From contig JBLWTJ010000001.1 of assembly GCA_048270185.1 (NCBI GenBank), forward strand, positions 672,001 to 736,000: DNA of 64,000 nt, given 5' to 3'. Below are positions 49,561-59,023 of this stretch, piece by piece (position 1 is the first letter of the stretch; each line of letters begins with the position of its first letter). This DNA comes from Bacteriovoracaceae bacterium. GTDB taxonomy: Bacteria > Bdellovibrionota > Bacteriovoracia > Bacteriovoracales > Bacteriovoracaceae. A program made the translations under genes and the position numbers. The notes under the pieces were generated by a model. That model was given only the letters and a program-made list of their open reading frames with translations, was not told where the DNA came from and did not search any database.

Positions 49561-49903
49561 TCTCTCCAATATCAGCATCTGCTCTTGTCTCAATTGTCTT
49601 CTCATTAAATAGGCCAAGACTTAGAAATTTTAAAAGTTGCTGTAAACCTGTCTCGTATTCACTGATCTCAACTCGAGAAACATATTCACTACGGTTACGA
49701 AAAAGTCCGTCTCCCATCGCAATCTTATGTTGCTTAGGCAGATTTCCATAGAACATATTCTCAATTGTTCTGTGCTCCTTTAGGTCCACGACTTCTCGGT
49801 TAGCATGTTTAGAAATATGTAAAAGTCGATTGCCGTCACCTGAGTACAATGTACTCGAACATGAGACTGATAAAATCAAAAATGTTAATAGTGACAGCTT
49901 CAA
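49538..49903 (-). CDS. small lipoprotein, Bor/Iss-like
   Basis: Lipobox SVSC; MFYG...ETGLQQLLKFLSLGLFNEKTIE resembles Bor FFVSG...QTFVNGLLGFITLGIYTP. Confidence 0.6.
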   Translation of the reverse strand: MKLSLLTFLILSVSCSSTLYSGDGNRLLHISKHANREVVDLKEHRTIENMFYGNLPKQHKIAMGDGLFRNRSEYVSRVEISEYETGLQQLLKFLSLGLFNEKTIETRADADIGENEYEVFD

Positions 49904-49906
49904 GTA

Positions 49907-50722
49907 TTAATTACCTTTAAAGTCCGGTGCTCTTTTTTCTTTAAGTGCTGCAAGCCCTTCAAAGTGATCATTGGTTCTTTGAGCAATCCCTTGGTAGGCA
50001 CTCATAAGATTTAGATGAGCTTCAAGATCATCACGAGATGCTCTCTTCATTGCTGTCTTTGTCATTTGCACCGCAACTGGTGCATTAGCAGAAATTTCAT
50101 TGGCCATGGCCATAACTGCAAGCTCAAGATCTTCACTTGTAACAATATTATTGATTAGCCCCATGTGCATAACTTCTTTAGCTGTATAGATGCGCCCTGT
50201 AAGATACATTTCCATGGCCTTAGTGTATCCAACCTTACGAGTTAGAAAATACGGTCCCCCATCCCCTGGAACAAGAGAGAGCTTACAGAAAGTCTCACCA
50301 AACTTAGCATCATCACTTGCGATTGCAAGATCACACATCGCCACAAGATCACAACCAGCACCAATTGCACCACCATGAACCATGGCAATAATTGGCTTTT
50401 GTAATCTTTCAATTGTTCTTGGAATATTTTGAATCCCTTTAGAGTAGCGATTTCTTAATTCAAATGGCTCACCTGCAAACATTCCCTTGCGACTAACCAT
50501 GGCCTTTATATCACCACCAGCACAGAAGTTTTCTCCTTCACCTTTAAGAACGATAACACGCACTTCATTATCACCATCAGCATAAGTTAGAACTTCAGTT
50601 AATGAGGCGATCATTTTATTTGTAATGGCATTGGCCATTTTTGTATTATCAAGACTTACCCAAAGAGTATGACCTTTTAGTTCTACTTTTAAGTGTTCAA
50701 ATTCATAGCCGTAAATAGACAT
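49907..50722 (-). CDS. enoyl-CoA hydratase/isomerase (crotonase) family protein
   Basis: FCAGGDI, KPIIAMVHGGAIGAG..L...CD, LVPGDGG. Confidence 0.92.
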   Translation of the reverse strand: MSIYGYEFEHLKVELKGHTLWVSLDNTKMANAITNKMIASLTEVLTYADGDNEVRVIVLKGEGENFCAGGDIKAMVSRKGMFAGEPFELRNRYSKGIQNIPRTIERLQKPIIAMVHGGAIGAGCDLVAMCDLAIASDDAKFGETFCKLSLVPGDGGPYFLTRKVGYTKAMEMYLTGRIYTAKEVMHMGLINNIVTSEDLELAVMAMANEISANAPVAVQMTKTAMKRASRDDLEAHLNLMSAYQGIAQRTNDHFEGLAALKEKRAPDFKGN

Positions 50723-51636
50723 TACTTTCTTCCTTTATATGCTTGAAAAAATTTAGATGGTGCTTGATGACCTATCTTATTCGTGATGAATTCACTAGCT
50801 TTATGTAGTTTGTCCATATCAACACCAGTATCAAGTCCTAATTTGTGTAGGAGATTGACGACATCATCAGTTGCAACATTCCCACTGGCCCCTTTTGCAT
50901 ATGGGCATCCTCCAAGACCTGCTGCTGACGAATCAAATACTTCGATATCTCCATTAGATGCCTCAAGAGAAGCATAGATATTGGCCAAGGCCATCCCTTC
51001 TGTATCGTGAAAGTGCATCGCCATTTGAGATAGTTCAAATTTTGAATCAATAAGTTTTACGATTCTCTTTACTTGAGCAGGGTTTGCAACTCCAATAGTA
51101 TCCCCTAGGGAGATTTCATAACAGCCAAGTTCTAGCAAGCGTTCGATACCTTCAATAATTGATTTATCTGTAACATCTTTTTCATAAGGACAGCCAAAGA
51201 CGGTTGAAAGATAACCACGCATCTTCATACCATTCGCCTTTGCAACTTTGGCCACTTCAACTTGTCTTTGATGAGCTTCTTCAACAGTAGCATTGATATT
51301 AGTCTGATTAAATGTATTTGAAGTCGCAGTAAACATGCTAATTTCTTTCACACCTAAGTCACGAGCAATTTCGAGCCCCTTAAGATTAGGCACAAGACAT
51401 GGAGTCGCAATCCCTAAAGGGTCAGTAAATTTTAAAACCTCAGGGTATAGTGTTGCCGCATCCTGCATCTGAGGAATTTTTTCAGCACGTACAAAGCTTG
51501 TTACTTCAATTGTTTTAAGTCCTGTTTCACTTAGAAGGCGAATAAATTCTAATTTATCAGTGGTGGCCACGAATGTTTTCTCATTCTGTAGGCCATCTCT
51601 TGGACCAACTTCAACAATTTTAACTTTCTTACTCAT
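50722..51636 (-). CDS. liuE: hydroxymethylglutaryl-CoA lyase
   Basis: EVGPRDGLQNE, SLGDTIG, HFHDT, GLGGCPYAKGASGNVAT. Confidence 0.96.
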   Translation of the reverse strand: MSKKVKIVEVGPRDGLQNEKTFVATTDKLEFIRLLSETGLKTIEVTSFVRAEKIPQMQDAATLYPEVLKFTDPLGIATPCLVPNLKGLEIARDLGVKEISMFTATSNTFNQTNINATVEEAHQRQVEVAKVAKANGMKMRGYLSTVFGCPYEKDVTDKSIIEGIERLLELGCYEISLGDTIGVANPAQVKRIVKLIDSKFELSQMAMHFHDTEGMALANIYASLEASNGDIEVFDSSAAGLGGCPYAKGASGNVATDDVVNLLHKLGLDTGVDMDKLHKASEFITNKIGHQAPSKFFQAYKGRK

Positions 51637-51647
51637 ATTCTTTCCAA

Positions 51648-53552
51648 TTAAGTTAACTCGACGAGATCAACTCCACCATCAACAGTCTGCCCTTCACTTA
51701 CAAGAACAGCATCAATACTACCATCACGAGAAGCCTTTACTGTATGTTCCATTTTCATTGCTTCCATCACTACAAGAGCGTCACCAACTTTCACTTTCTG
51801 TCCAGCTTCAACAAGAACCTTAAGAATCTTCCCTGGCATTGGGGAGCTCATTTCATGGGCCTCACCAGCGGCACTTCCAGATCGTTTTGCAACACTTCTC
51901 TTTAAAGCAACTTTCTTGCTATTTACAATATAAGCATTCTTCTGAGTTAAGATATGAAATGGTGTTTCATTAATCCATAGTGAATCTTCTTCAATATCAA
52001 CTGTGAAAGTATATTCTTCAAAACGTACGATCAGTGAGCTGACACCAGAGAATTTGAAATCAGCTTTGATTAGACGATCTGCGAATTCATACTGACGATT
52101 TTCTCTAATTTCACCACTCATACGAAACGAATCCATCAGGATATCGTCTTTTAAAAAGTCATGAGCAAGAGTTGCTGCGATTTCTTCAGCATAAACTTCT
52201 GCAGGAGCTAGATCTTCTTCATAAGTTTTTACAAAGTGAGTATATGTATTACCTTCTAAGAATGCTTCATGCTTTAAGATTCTTACAAGATAGTCATTAT
52301 TTGTTGTAAGACCTTCAAAAGGAAGATGATTAAGTCCTGCAATCATTGTTCCGATTGCTTCATTTCTCTCAGCTCCCCAAGTGATAACTTTTGCTATCAT
52401 CGGGTCAAAGTTTACAGTAATTGAATTTCCATTCTTATAACCTGTATCAAGTCTTACTTGATCAAGGGCATCTCCAATATATTCAAGACGGCCAATTGCT
52501 GGCATGAAATCATTATCAGGATCTTCTGCATAAATTCGGCATTCAATGGCGTGTCCTACTTGCTTAATATCATCTTGTGAAAAATCAAAAGCCTGTCCAC
52601 TTGCTGCAATTAATTGAAGTTCAACAAGATCAAATCCTGTTACCATTTCAGTGACAGGGTGTTCAACTTGCAGACGAGTATTCATCTCAAGAAAATAAAA
52701 ATCTTGTCCATCAAGGATAAGCTCAACCGTACCAGCACCATGGTAGTTAATTGTCTTCGTTATCTTAACTGCGGCATCAGTCATCTTCTTTCTTAGTTCT
52801 TCATCAAGAGCAAGAGATGGACTTTCTTCAACAATCTTTTGATGGCGTCTTTGAATAGAGCACTCTCTTTCAAAGAAATGAAAGTGGTTACCGTGTGTAT
52901 CACTCATCACCTGGATTTCGATGTGACGAGGGCTTGTGATAAATTTTTCAATAAGAACAATATCTGAACCAAAAGAGCTTAGGGCCTCACGCTTGCAGCT
53001 TTCAAGTTCGGCCATGAAGTCTTTTGAATCTTCAACAATTCTCATTCCCTTTCCACCACCTCCAGCAGAGGCCTTGATAAGAACAGGGTAGCCCATCTTA
53101 TCAGCTTCTTCTTTCAGAAGGGCCGGGTCCTGATTTTCTCCGTTGTAACCAGGGATAACAGGTACTCCAATTTCAATCATCTTATCTTTTGAACCTTTCT
53201 TATCTCCCATTAGAATAATATGTTCAGGAGTTGGTCCAATAAAAATTAAACCTGCATCACTTACTTTCTGTGCGAAAGTCGCATTCTCAGATAAGAAGCC
53301 ATAACCCGGGTGAATCGCATCACAACCACTTTCTTTTGCAATTTGAATGATCTTATCCATATTGAGATATGTTTCACTAAGAAGCTTTCCTTCAAGATAG
53401 AAAGATTCATCGGCATATTCTCTTTGAGGTAGATTTCTTTCCTCAAAAGTATAAAGTGTTACCGTTTTAATGCCGAGGTTTCGACAAGTCTTAATTACTC
53501 GAAGAGCGATTTCAGCACGGTTTGCAATAAGGACTTTTTTAATTTCTTTCAT
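51648..53552 (-). CDS. liuD: 3-methylcrotonyl-CoA carboxylase alpha subunit (biotin carboxylase + biotin carrier)
   Basis: IANRAEIA, IHPGYGFLSEN, GGGGKGMR, FLEMNTRLQVEHPVTE, EAMKME biotinylation motif; operon context. Confidence 0.9.
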   Translation of the reverse strand: MKEIKKVLIANRAEIALRVIKTCRNLGIKTVTLYTFEERNLPQREYADESFYLEGKLLSETYLNMDKIIQIAKESGCDAIHPGYGFLSENATFAQKVSDAGLIFIGPTPEHIILMGDKKGSKDKMIEIGVPVIPGYNGENQDPALLKEEADKMGYPVLIKASAGGGGKGMRIVEDSKDFMAELESCKREALSSFGSDIVLIEKFITSPRHIEIQVMSDTHGNHFHFFERECSIQRRHQKIVEESPSLALDEELRKKMTDAAVKITKTINYHGAGTVELILDGQDFYFLEMNTRLQVEHPVTEMVTGFDLVELQLIAASGQAFDFSQDDIKQVGHAIECRIYAEDPDNDFMPAIGRLEYIGDALDQVRLDTGYKNGNSITVNFDPMIAKVITWGAERNEAIGTMIAGLNHLPFEGLTTNNDYLVRILKHEAFLEGNTYTHFVKTYEEDLAPAEVYAEEIAATLAHDFLKDDILMDSFRMSGEIRENRQYEFADRLIKADFKFSGVSSLIVRFEEYTFTVDIEEDSLWINETPFHILTQKNAYIVNSKKVALKRSVAKRSGSAAGEAHEMSSPMPGKILKVLVEAGQKVKVGDALVVMEAMKMEHTVKASRDGSIDAVLVSEGQTVDGGVDLVELT

Positions 53553-53555
53553 AAA

Positions 53556-54347
53556 TTATTTCCAATTAGGTTTTCTTTTTTCTAATAATGCACTCATTCC
53601 CTCTTGCCCTTCATCAGAAATTCTCTGCTTAGCAATGACTTCACAAGTGTAATTTGTTACCTCTTCAACATTTCCAAGTCTTTCTTTTACGCCAAAGATT
53701 AACTTCTTTGCTTGTCTTTGAGCATTTGGTGCGACTTTAATAAGATCCTTTGCCATGAGAAGAACATCATTATCGTAGTAGCGATCAAGAGATACTTTAT
53801 GAACAAGGCCAATCTCAAGAGCTCTTTGACCATCAAATCTCTCACCAGTTAGGAATAAGTGTCGAGCATTAGACTCTCCAATTTTTGCAATAACAAATGG
53901 AGAAATAACAGCAGGAACGAGTCCTAGGTTAACTTCAGTTAACCCAAATTTTGAACTCTCACTTGCAATAACAAAGTCACAACAAGCAACGAGACCGACA
54001 CCACCACCAAGGGCGGCTCCATTGATTTTACCAATGACTGGCTTTGAGAGATTATTAATGGCATGAAAAAGTCCTGCTAGCTTCTTAGAATCTGCAATAT
54101 TCTCTTCCATCGAATAGTCTTTCATGCGCTTCATCCAATTAAGGTCTGCTCCAGCACAAAATGACTTTCCATTACCAGTAATGATAACAACACGTACACT
54201 GTCGTCATTTTCAAGCGCTAGAAACTCATCTGTTAATGCTGCAATCATTTCATCATTGAATGCATTATGTACTTCTGGACGGTCAAGTGTAATGAAACAA
54301 ATTCCATTCTCATCTCCCGTTCTTACTTCTTTTGTATATCCTGTCAT
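53556..54347 (-). CDS. liuC: methylglutaconyl-CoA hydratase (crotonase family)
   Basis: RPEVHNAF, FCAGADLNWM, GGGVGLVACCD, TEVNLGLVPAVISP; lies between the MCC subunits. Confidence 0.88.
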   Translation of the reverse strand: MTGYTKEVRTGDENGICFITLDRPEVHNAFNDEMIAALTDEFLALENDDSVRVVIITGNGKSFCAGADLNWMKRMKDYSMEENIADSKKLAGLFHAINNLSKPVIGKINGAALGGGVGLVACCDFVIASESSKFGLTEVNLGLVPAVISPFVIAKIGESNARHLFLTGERFDGQRALEIGLVHKVSLDRYYDNDVLLMAKDLIKVAPNAQRQAKKLIFGVKERLGNVEEVTNYTCEVIAKQRISDEGQEGMSALLEKRKPNWK

Positions 54348-54368
54348 AAAAATCCTTTTTCTTCCTAA

Positions 54369-55982
54369 TTACATTCTAAAGACACCAAACTTAGTCTCCT
54401 CAATAGGAGCCTGTTTACTTGCCTTGAGAGCGGCCGCAAGAACATCACGCGTCTTATGTGGCTCAATAACACCATCATCCCAGAGTCTTGCCGTTGAGTA
54501 ATAAGCACTGCCTTCTGTTTCATATTTATCAAGAATTGGTTGCTTAAACTTTGCCTCTTCATCGGCCGTCATTGGCTTTTCACCTTTGGCCACTAAGCCG
54601 TCTTGACGAACAGTTGCCAGAACACCTGCTGCTTGTTCTCCACCCATGACGGAGATACGGGCATTAGGCCACATCCAAAGAAAGCGAGGAGAATAAGCAC
54701 GTCCGCACATACCATAGTTACCTGCTCCAAAAGAGCCACCGATAACAACAGTAAATTTTGGAACATTGACTGTAGAAACGGCCGTAACCATTTTAGCGCC
54801 GTGCTTAGCGATTCCTTCTGATTCATATTTAGAACCAACCATGAAACCTGTAATATTTTGTAGGAAAACTAATGGAATATTTCTTTGACCACAAAGCTGA
54901 ATGAAGTGTGATCCTTTAATGGCAGACTCAGAAAAGAGAATACCGTTATTAGCAACAATCCCAACTCTTTCTCCTGCAATCTTTGCAAAACCACAAACAA
55001 GAGTTGGCCCATATTTTTCTTTAAACTCATGAAAGCGTGAACCATCAACAAGGCACGCAATAATCTCACGTACATCAAATGGCTTCTTTGTATCACGAGG
55101 AAGTATACCGTAGATATCTTCAGCATCGTACTTTGGCATTTCAAAGTTAAAGTCTTCTTCATTTTGAACAAAGTTTGTATTTTCAACAATTAAGCGAGTG
55201 ATTGCCAGTGCATCTTCTTCGTCTTCCGCAAAGTGATCGGCTACACCTGAATCACTTGTATGAACTTTGGCTCCACCAAGAGTTTGAGCATCAACCTCTT
55301 CACCAGTTGCGGCCTTAACAAGAGGAGGTCCTCCTAAGAAGATTGTTCCATTATCTTTAACGATAATTGATTCATCGGCCATGGCCGGAACATAAGCTCC
55401 ACCAGCAGTACATGAACCAAGAACAACTGCAATTTGAGGAATCCCCTGCGCTGACATTTGGGCCTGATTAAAGAAGATTCTTCCAAAGTGTTCTTTGTCT
55501 GGAAAAACTTCATCTTGCATTGGTAAGAAAGCTCCCCCTGAGTCAACAAGATAAATACAAGGCAAGCGGTTTTCGCGTGCGACTTCTTGTGCTCTTAAGT
55601 GTTTCTTAACCGTCATTGGAAAGTAAGTACCACCCTTAACTGTTGCATCATTGGCAACGAACATACACCAAATACCGTGTACTTTACCAATTCCTGTTAC
55701 GATACCTGCACTTGGAATATCCATTCCATACATACCGTTAGCGGCCAGTGATGATAATTCAATAAATGGAGATCCTGCATCGAGGATCTTATCAATTCTT
55801 TCACGAGGAAGAAGCTTTCCACGAGAATGATGACGAGCAACAGACTTTTCACCACCACCGGCGTGGGCCTGTTTTACTCTATTTCTTAATTCTTCTACAT
55901 TTGAAAAATGAAAATTAAAATTTTCTCGAAAGTCGTCACTTGAGCGCTCAACTTTCGAAACAATTGAGATTGTTTCCTGCAT
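54369..55982 (-). CDS. liuB: 3-methylcrotonyl-CoA carboxylase beta subunit (carboxyltransferase)
   Basis: [42 protein letters not shown]-terminal FGVFRM. Confidence 0.95.
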   Translation of the reverse strand: MQETISIVSKVERSSDDFRENFNFHFSNVEELRNRVKQAHAGGGEKSVARHHSRGKLLPRERIDKILDAGSPFIELSSLAANGMYGMDIPSAGIVTGIGKVHGIWCMFVANDATVKGGTYFPMTVKKHLRAQEVARENRLPCIYLVDSGGAFLPMQDEVFPDKEHFGRIFFNQAQMSAQGIPQIAVVLGSCTAGGAYVPAMADESIIVKDNGTIFLGGPPLVKAATGEEVDAQTLGGAKVHTSDSGVADHFAEDEEDALAITRLIVENTNFVQNEEDFNFEMPKYDAEDIYGILPRDTKKPFDVREIIACLVDGSRFHEFKEKYGPTLVCGFAKIAGERVGIVANNGILFSESAIKGSHFIQLCGQRNIPLVFLQNITGFMVGSKYESEGIAKHGAKMVTAVSTVNVPKFTVVIGGSFGAGNYGMCGRAYSPRFLWMWPNARISVMGGEQAAGVLATVRQDGLVAKGEKPMTADEEAKFKQPILDKYETEGSAYYSTARLWDDGVIEPHKTRDVLAAALKASKQAPIEETKFGVFRM

Positions 55983-56085
55983 AGATATTTGCCTCTAACT
56001 TTGTCTAATAATTGAGGAATTTTATCTATTTAGGTCACATTTTGACAAGGCAGGGCACGTTATATAACGCGCCACTCAGTACTCA

Positions 56086-58692
56086 TTATTCTGTTATTTC
56101 TGCAGCGTTTAGAAAGTCGTTGTAGATACTACCTTCAGAACTTACATCTATAGTCTCAGAAGCGATACTGCGCTGTGCGCCAACTTCTACTTTTGCCAAA
56201 AGCTCGCTTGGAACTTGTGGTCCTTCTAACTCTGGATTTATGGCAACTTTCATTAAATCTTCTTCAGATGCTGATAGGATTACATTACCTTCTTCATCTA
56301 AACCAATAAAATAAGTATTTCCATCAGCGAGAGTTACAAGAGAATTCCCTTGAGAGATTGCACGATTAACAAGTTTCTGGTCTTGGTTATCGATACTCTC
56401 GACAGAGAATGTCGTTTTGTTTGCACTTGCTAAAGCTAAACCAGAAGCTTGCGATGAAGTCAGTGCAAGGGAAGAAGCAGCAGTGGCAATAGAACTTGCA
56501 CCAGAGCTTATAGCTCTTACTCCTGACGAAGCTCCTCCACTTGATGCGATTGACTGTGAAGATGAATTAGAAGGAGATGAGAGATGGCCATTTCTTGCGC
56601 CATTACTTACAAAAGTACTTTGTTCATTAGAAATGACTGCTTTACTCGTTTTTGGCTTAGCTAGTCCTTGAGGCTTCTTTGGATTACTACTATCAGCAAC
56701 CATAGCATTTAACTCTTTAATTTGAGCTCTAAGCGCTGTTAATTCATCATTTAAACCATTGTCCATTTCCGAGGAGTCAGAGCTAACAGACTTACTCGCA
56801 AGGCTTTCTTCCTCTTTAATTTTTTCAACTTTAACCTGAGCAACTGGAGTTTGAGCTACTACATTTTGGTCACTTGTTACTTGCATATAGTCAGTATCAA
56901 TTTGTTGCTGACTCATATTTTGGTTATTAAATTCATTAAACTTTTGATGGTTTTGTTCACTCATTTCTCCAATTAAACTTTCAGTGTATTGCTTTTCATG
57001 AACACTTATTTTAGTTTCGGCCGTAACCTCTGGAACTGCTGCGACATCAAGAGAGTGTTGTTTAGTAGCTTCATTTGCAGCAATTGAAGTCGAAAGATAA
57101 TCTTGGTGTTTCCTCTTAGCATCTTTAAACGTTTTCATTGAGTCATGATCAAAATTAAATACACCACCACTACCAATAGCAACAGCTTTAGAAACTTCAC
57201 CTCGGTCAATAGCATCACAGTAATACTTTGCTGTCTGAATACTCTGGCCTCCAAAGTTTTTATTAGCATCAGTAAACTCAACAGCACTTACACTCTTTAA
57301 GACCTCGGCCATATCTTCATTACAAACTCTTTCAAGTTCACTTATCTGTTGCTCACACTCACTGACAAGGCCATCACGTGCTTCCATATGGTAGTTTTGA
57401 TGAACGGCAAAAAGTTCATCACGACCTCTAGATCCACTGTGCCCTAACCTTTTCATAAGCTTTCTAATACCCTTATCGTTTCCAAGGGTACGATCAAGTG
57501 TTGCTAAGAATTTTGACTGATAAATAAAAGCAAATTGAGAAATCATACGATCTTCTTGAGACCTTGAGATACTATCTTCAGAAAGATCGATACTTCCCCT
57601 TTTACCTTCTGAGGCATAGTAAAGACTCTGACCCATTGTCTTTAAGGTATCAATTTCATTACTTCTAAAAGCATAATACTCTTGCATAAGGCCGATATCA
57701 TGAGCGATATACTTTCGAACATCTTTAATGAATGAATCAGGAATATTATTAAGATCTTTTACTCGCTGATACTTTGGTAAATCAACGAGAAATGTTTTAC
57801 CAAAATCAACTTGCATATAGTCAGTTTCAACACCTAGCTTGAAGCCATTTTCTTCTTTGAACTTAGCAGTGAAATTTTCAAATTCACGACTTTTATACTT
57901 GAATGACATATCAAGATAGTCTTTGGCAGTTTTCTCATCATCTTTTGTAAGAACAGGTCTAAAAGCATAACCAGTCTTCTTTTGAAGAGCTAGGACAATA
58001 CCTGGATCAAAGCAATTCTTAATCTTTTGACTAATCTTTTCAGCGTCACGACTCGTACAGGTGAATTTTTTTGATAAATCTTCTTCAGGCTCAAAAAACC
58101 TTCGATATTCTAAACGACTTTGATTAGAGCCAATAAAATCAAGTAAACTATAAATTCTATTAGCAATAATTGCAGAATAAAAACTACGATTGTATGTACT
58201 CATTTTTTCTTTATCATTTTCAAGAGCAATACCTTGCTCTTTTGAAGTCTGATCTACACATTCACAATACTTATCAACATTTGTTTCTTTCTGATAAAGT
58301 TCTTCGACAAGACTTACACTAAAAAGTCTTTTTTCACATGCATAAGCTTCATCTCCAACCTTAGGTGCAATAGAAAAAACCTCAGCGGCAGTGTCTCCAA
58401 TGATCTTTCCGACAGACTTACCACAGTCCCCACCCAATGGAGCTAGAGCAACCCCCATGATTTCAGCTGATTTAGATAACATTAACTCTGAAATCTGCTG
58501 TGTTCTTAGGGCCACAAAGTTTTGCTCATTTTGAGTAGCATTTTGTAGAACAAAGTCATCAGAGAGAAGTTCCTCAACTGATCTTTCTTTAATAGGTCCA
58601 TCTTTAATTGGACCTCCACTTGCCAAAGCTGTTCCCTGAAACATTGATGTTAGAGTAAATGTAATAATGAAAGTGTAATTTAATGTTCTCAT
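56086..58692 (-). CDS. large secreted Cys-containing orphan protein (RSIAS family), paralog of 59024..61858
   Basis: 868 aa, signal peptide, YCEC, C-x10-C, YYC, coiled coil, Ser/Ala-rich tract, QRSIAS, SIYNDFLNAAEITE. Confidence 0.78.
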   Translation of the reverse strand: MRTLNYTFIITFTLTSMFQGTALASGGPIKDGPIKERSVEELLSDDFVLQNATQNEQNFVALRTQQISELMLSKSAEIMGVALAPLGGDCGKSVGKIIGDTAAEVFSIAPKVGDEAYACEKRLFSVSLVEELYQKETNVDKYCECVDQTSKEQGIALENDKEKMSTYNRSFYSAIIANRIYSLLDFIGSNQSRLEYRRFFEPEEDLSKKFTCTSRDAEKISQKIKNCFDPGIVLALQKKTGYAFRPVLTKDDEKTAKDYLDMSFKYKSREFENFTAKFKEENGFKLGVETDYMQVDFGKTFLVDLPKYQRVKDLNNIPDSFIKDVRKYIAHDIGLMQEYYAFRSNEIDTLKTMGQSLYYASEGKRGSIDLSEDSISRSQEDRMISQFAFIYQSKFLATLDRTLGNDKGIRKLMKRLGHSGSRGRDELFAVHQNYHMEARDGLVSECEQQISELERVCNEDMAEVLKSVSAVEFTDANKNFGGQSIQTAKYYCDAIDRGEVSKAVAIGSGGVFNFDHDSMKTFKDAKRKHQDYLSTSIAANEATKQHSLDVAAVPEVTAETKISVHEKQYTESLIGEMSEQNHQKFNEFNNQNMSQQQIDTDYMQVTSDQNVVAQTPVAQVKVEKIKEEESLASKSVSSDSSEMDNGLNDELTALRAQIKELNAMVADSSNPKKPQGLAKPKTSKAVISNEQSTFVSNGARNGHLSSPSNSSSQSIASSGGASSGVRAISSGASSIATAASSLALTSSQASGLALASANKTTFSVESIDNQDQKLVNRAISQGNSLVTLADGNTYFIGLDEEGNVILSASEEDLMKVAINPELEGPQVPSELLAKVEVGAQRSIASETIDVSSEGSIYNDFLNAAEITE

Positions 58693-58720
58693 TCTTGTCC
58701 TAAATAATCGGTCATTTTAT

Positions 58721-58748
58721 CCATCGGATTGTTCATGCTATTTCTATA
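58721..58748 (-). promoter_or_regulatory. sigma28-like promoter
   Basis: minus strand TATAG-N15-TCCGATGG; a second ACCGATTA at 58705-58712. Confidence 0.45.
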
Positions 58749-58966
58749 GTGACCAAAAACTATTGATACTCGAGCTTTTCGTCGTTTCCCTCCTATCTAT
58801 TGTCTGTTTAAAATGATTTTTTTGCTTTAGATAAAGTATTGATTTTTGTCTTATTAATCGAAGTTACTGAACTTAGGTAAACACTTGTTTAAATTACAAC
58901 ATACACTATTTAATAAGTTCTTTTTATTTGCGCCAATTTTTATACTCAGCTCAATATTTAAGACAT

Positions 58967-58996
58967 AAAAAAAAGACCAACAAAGTTGGCCTTTTT
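58967..58996 (-). terminator. intrinsic terminator after the 944-aa gene
   Basis: minus strand AAAAAGGCCAAC-TTT-GTTGGTC-T8. Confidence 0.8.
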
Positions 58997-59023
58997 ATCT
59001 TATTAAAATTTATTTTATTTCTA

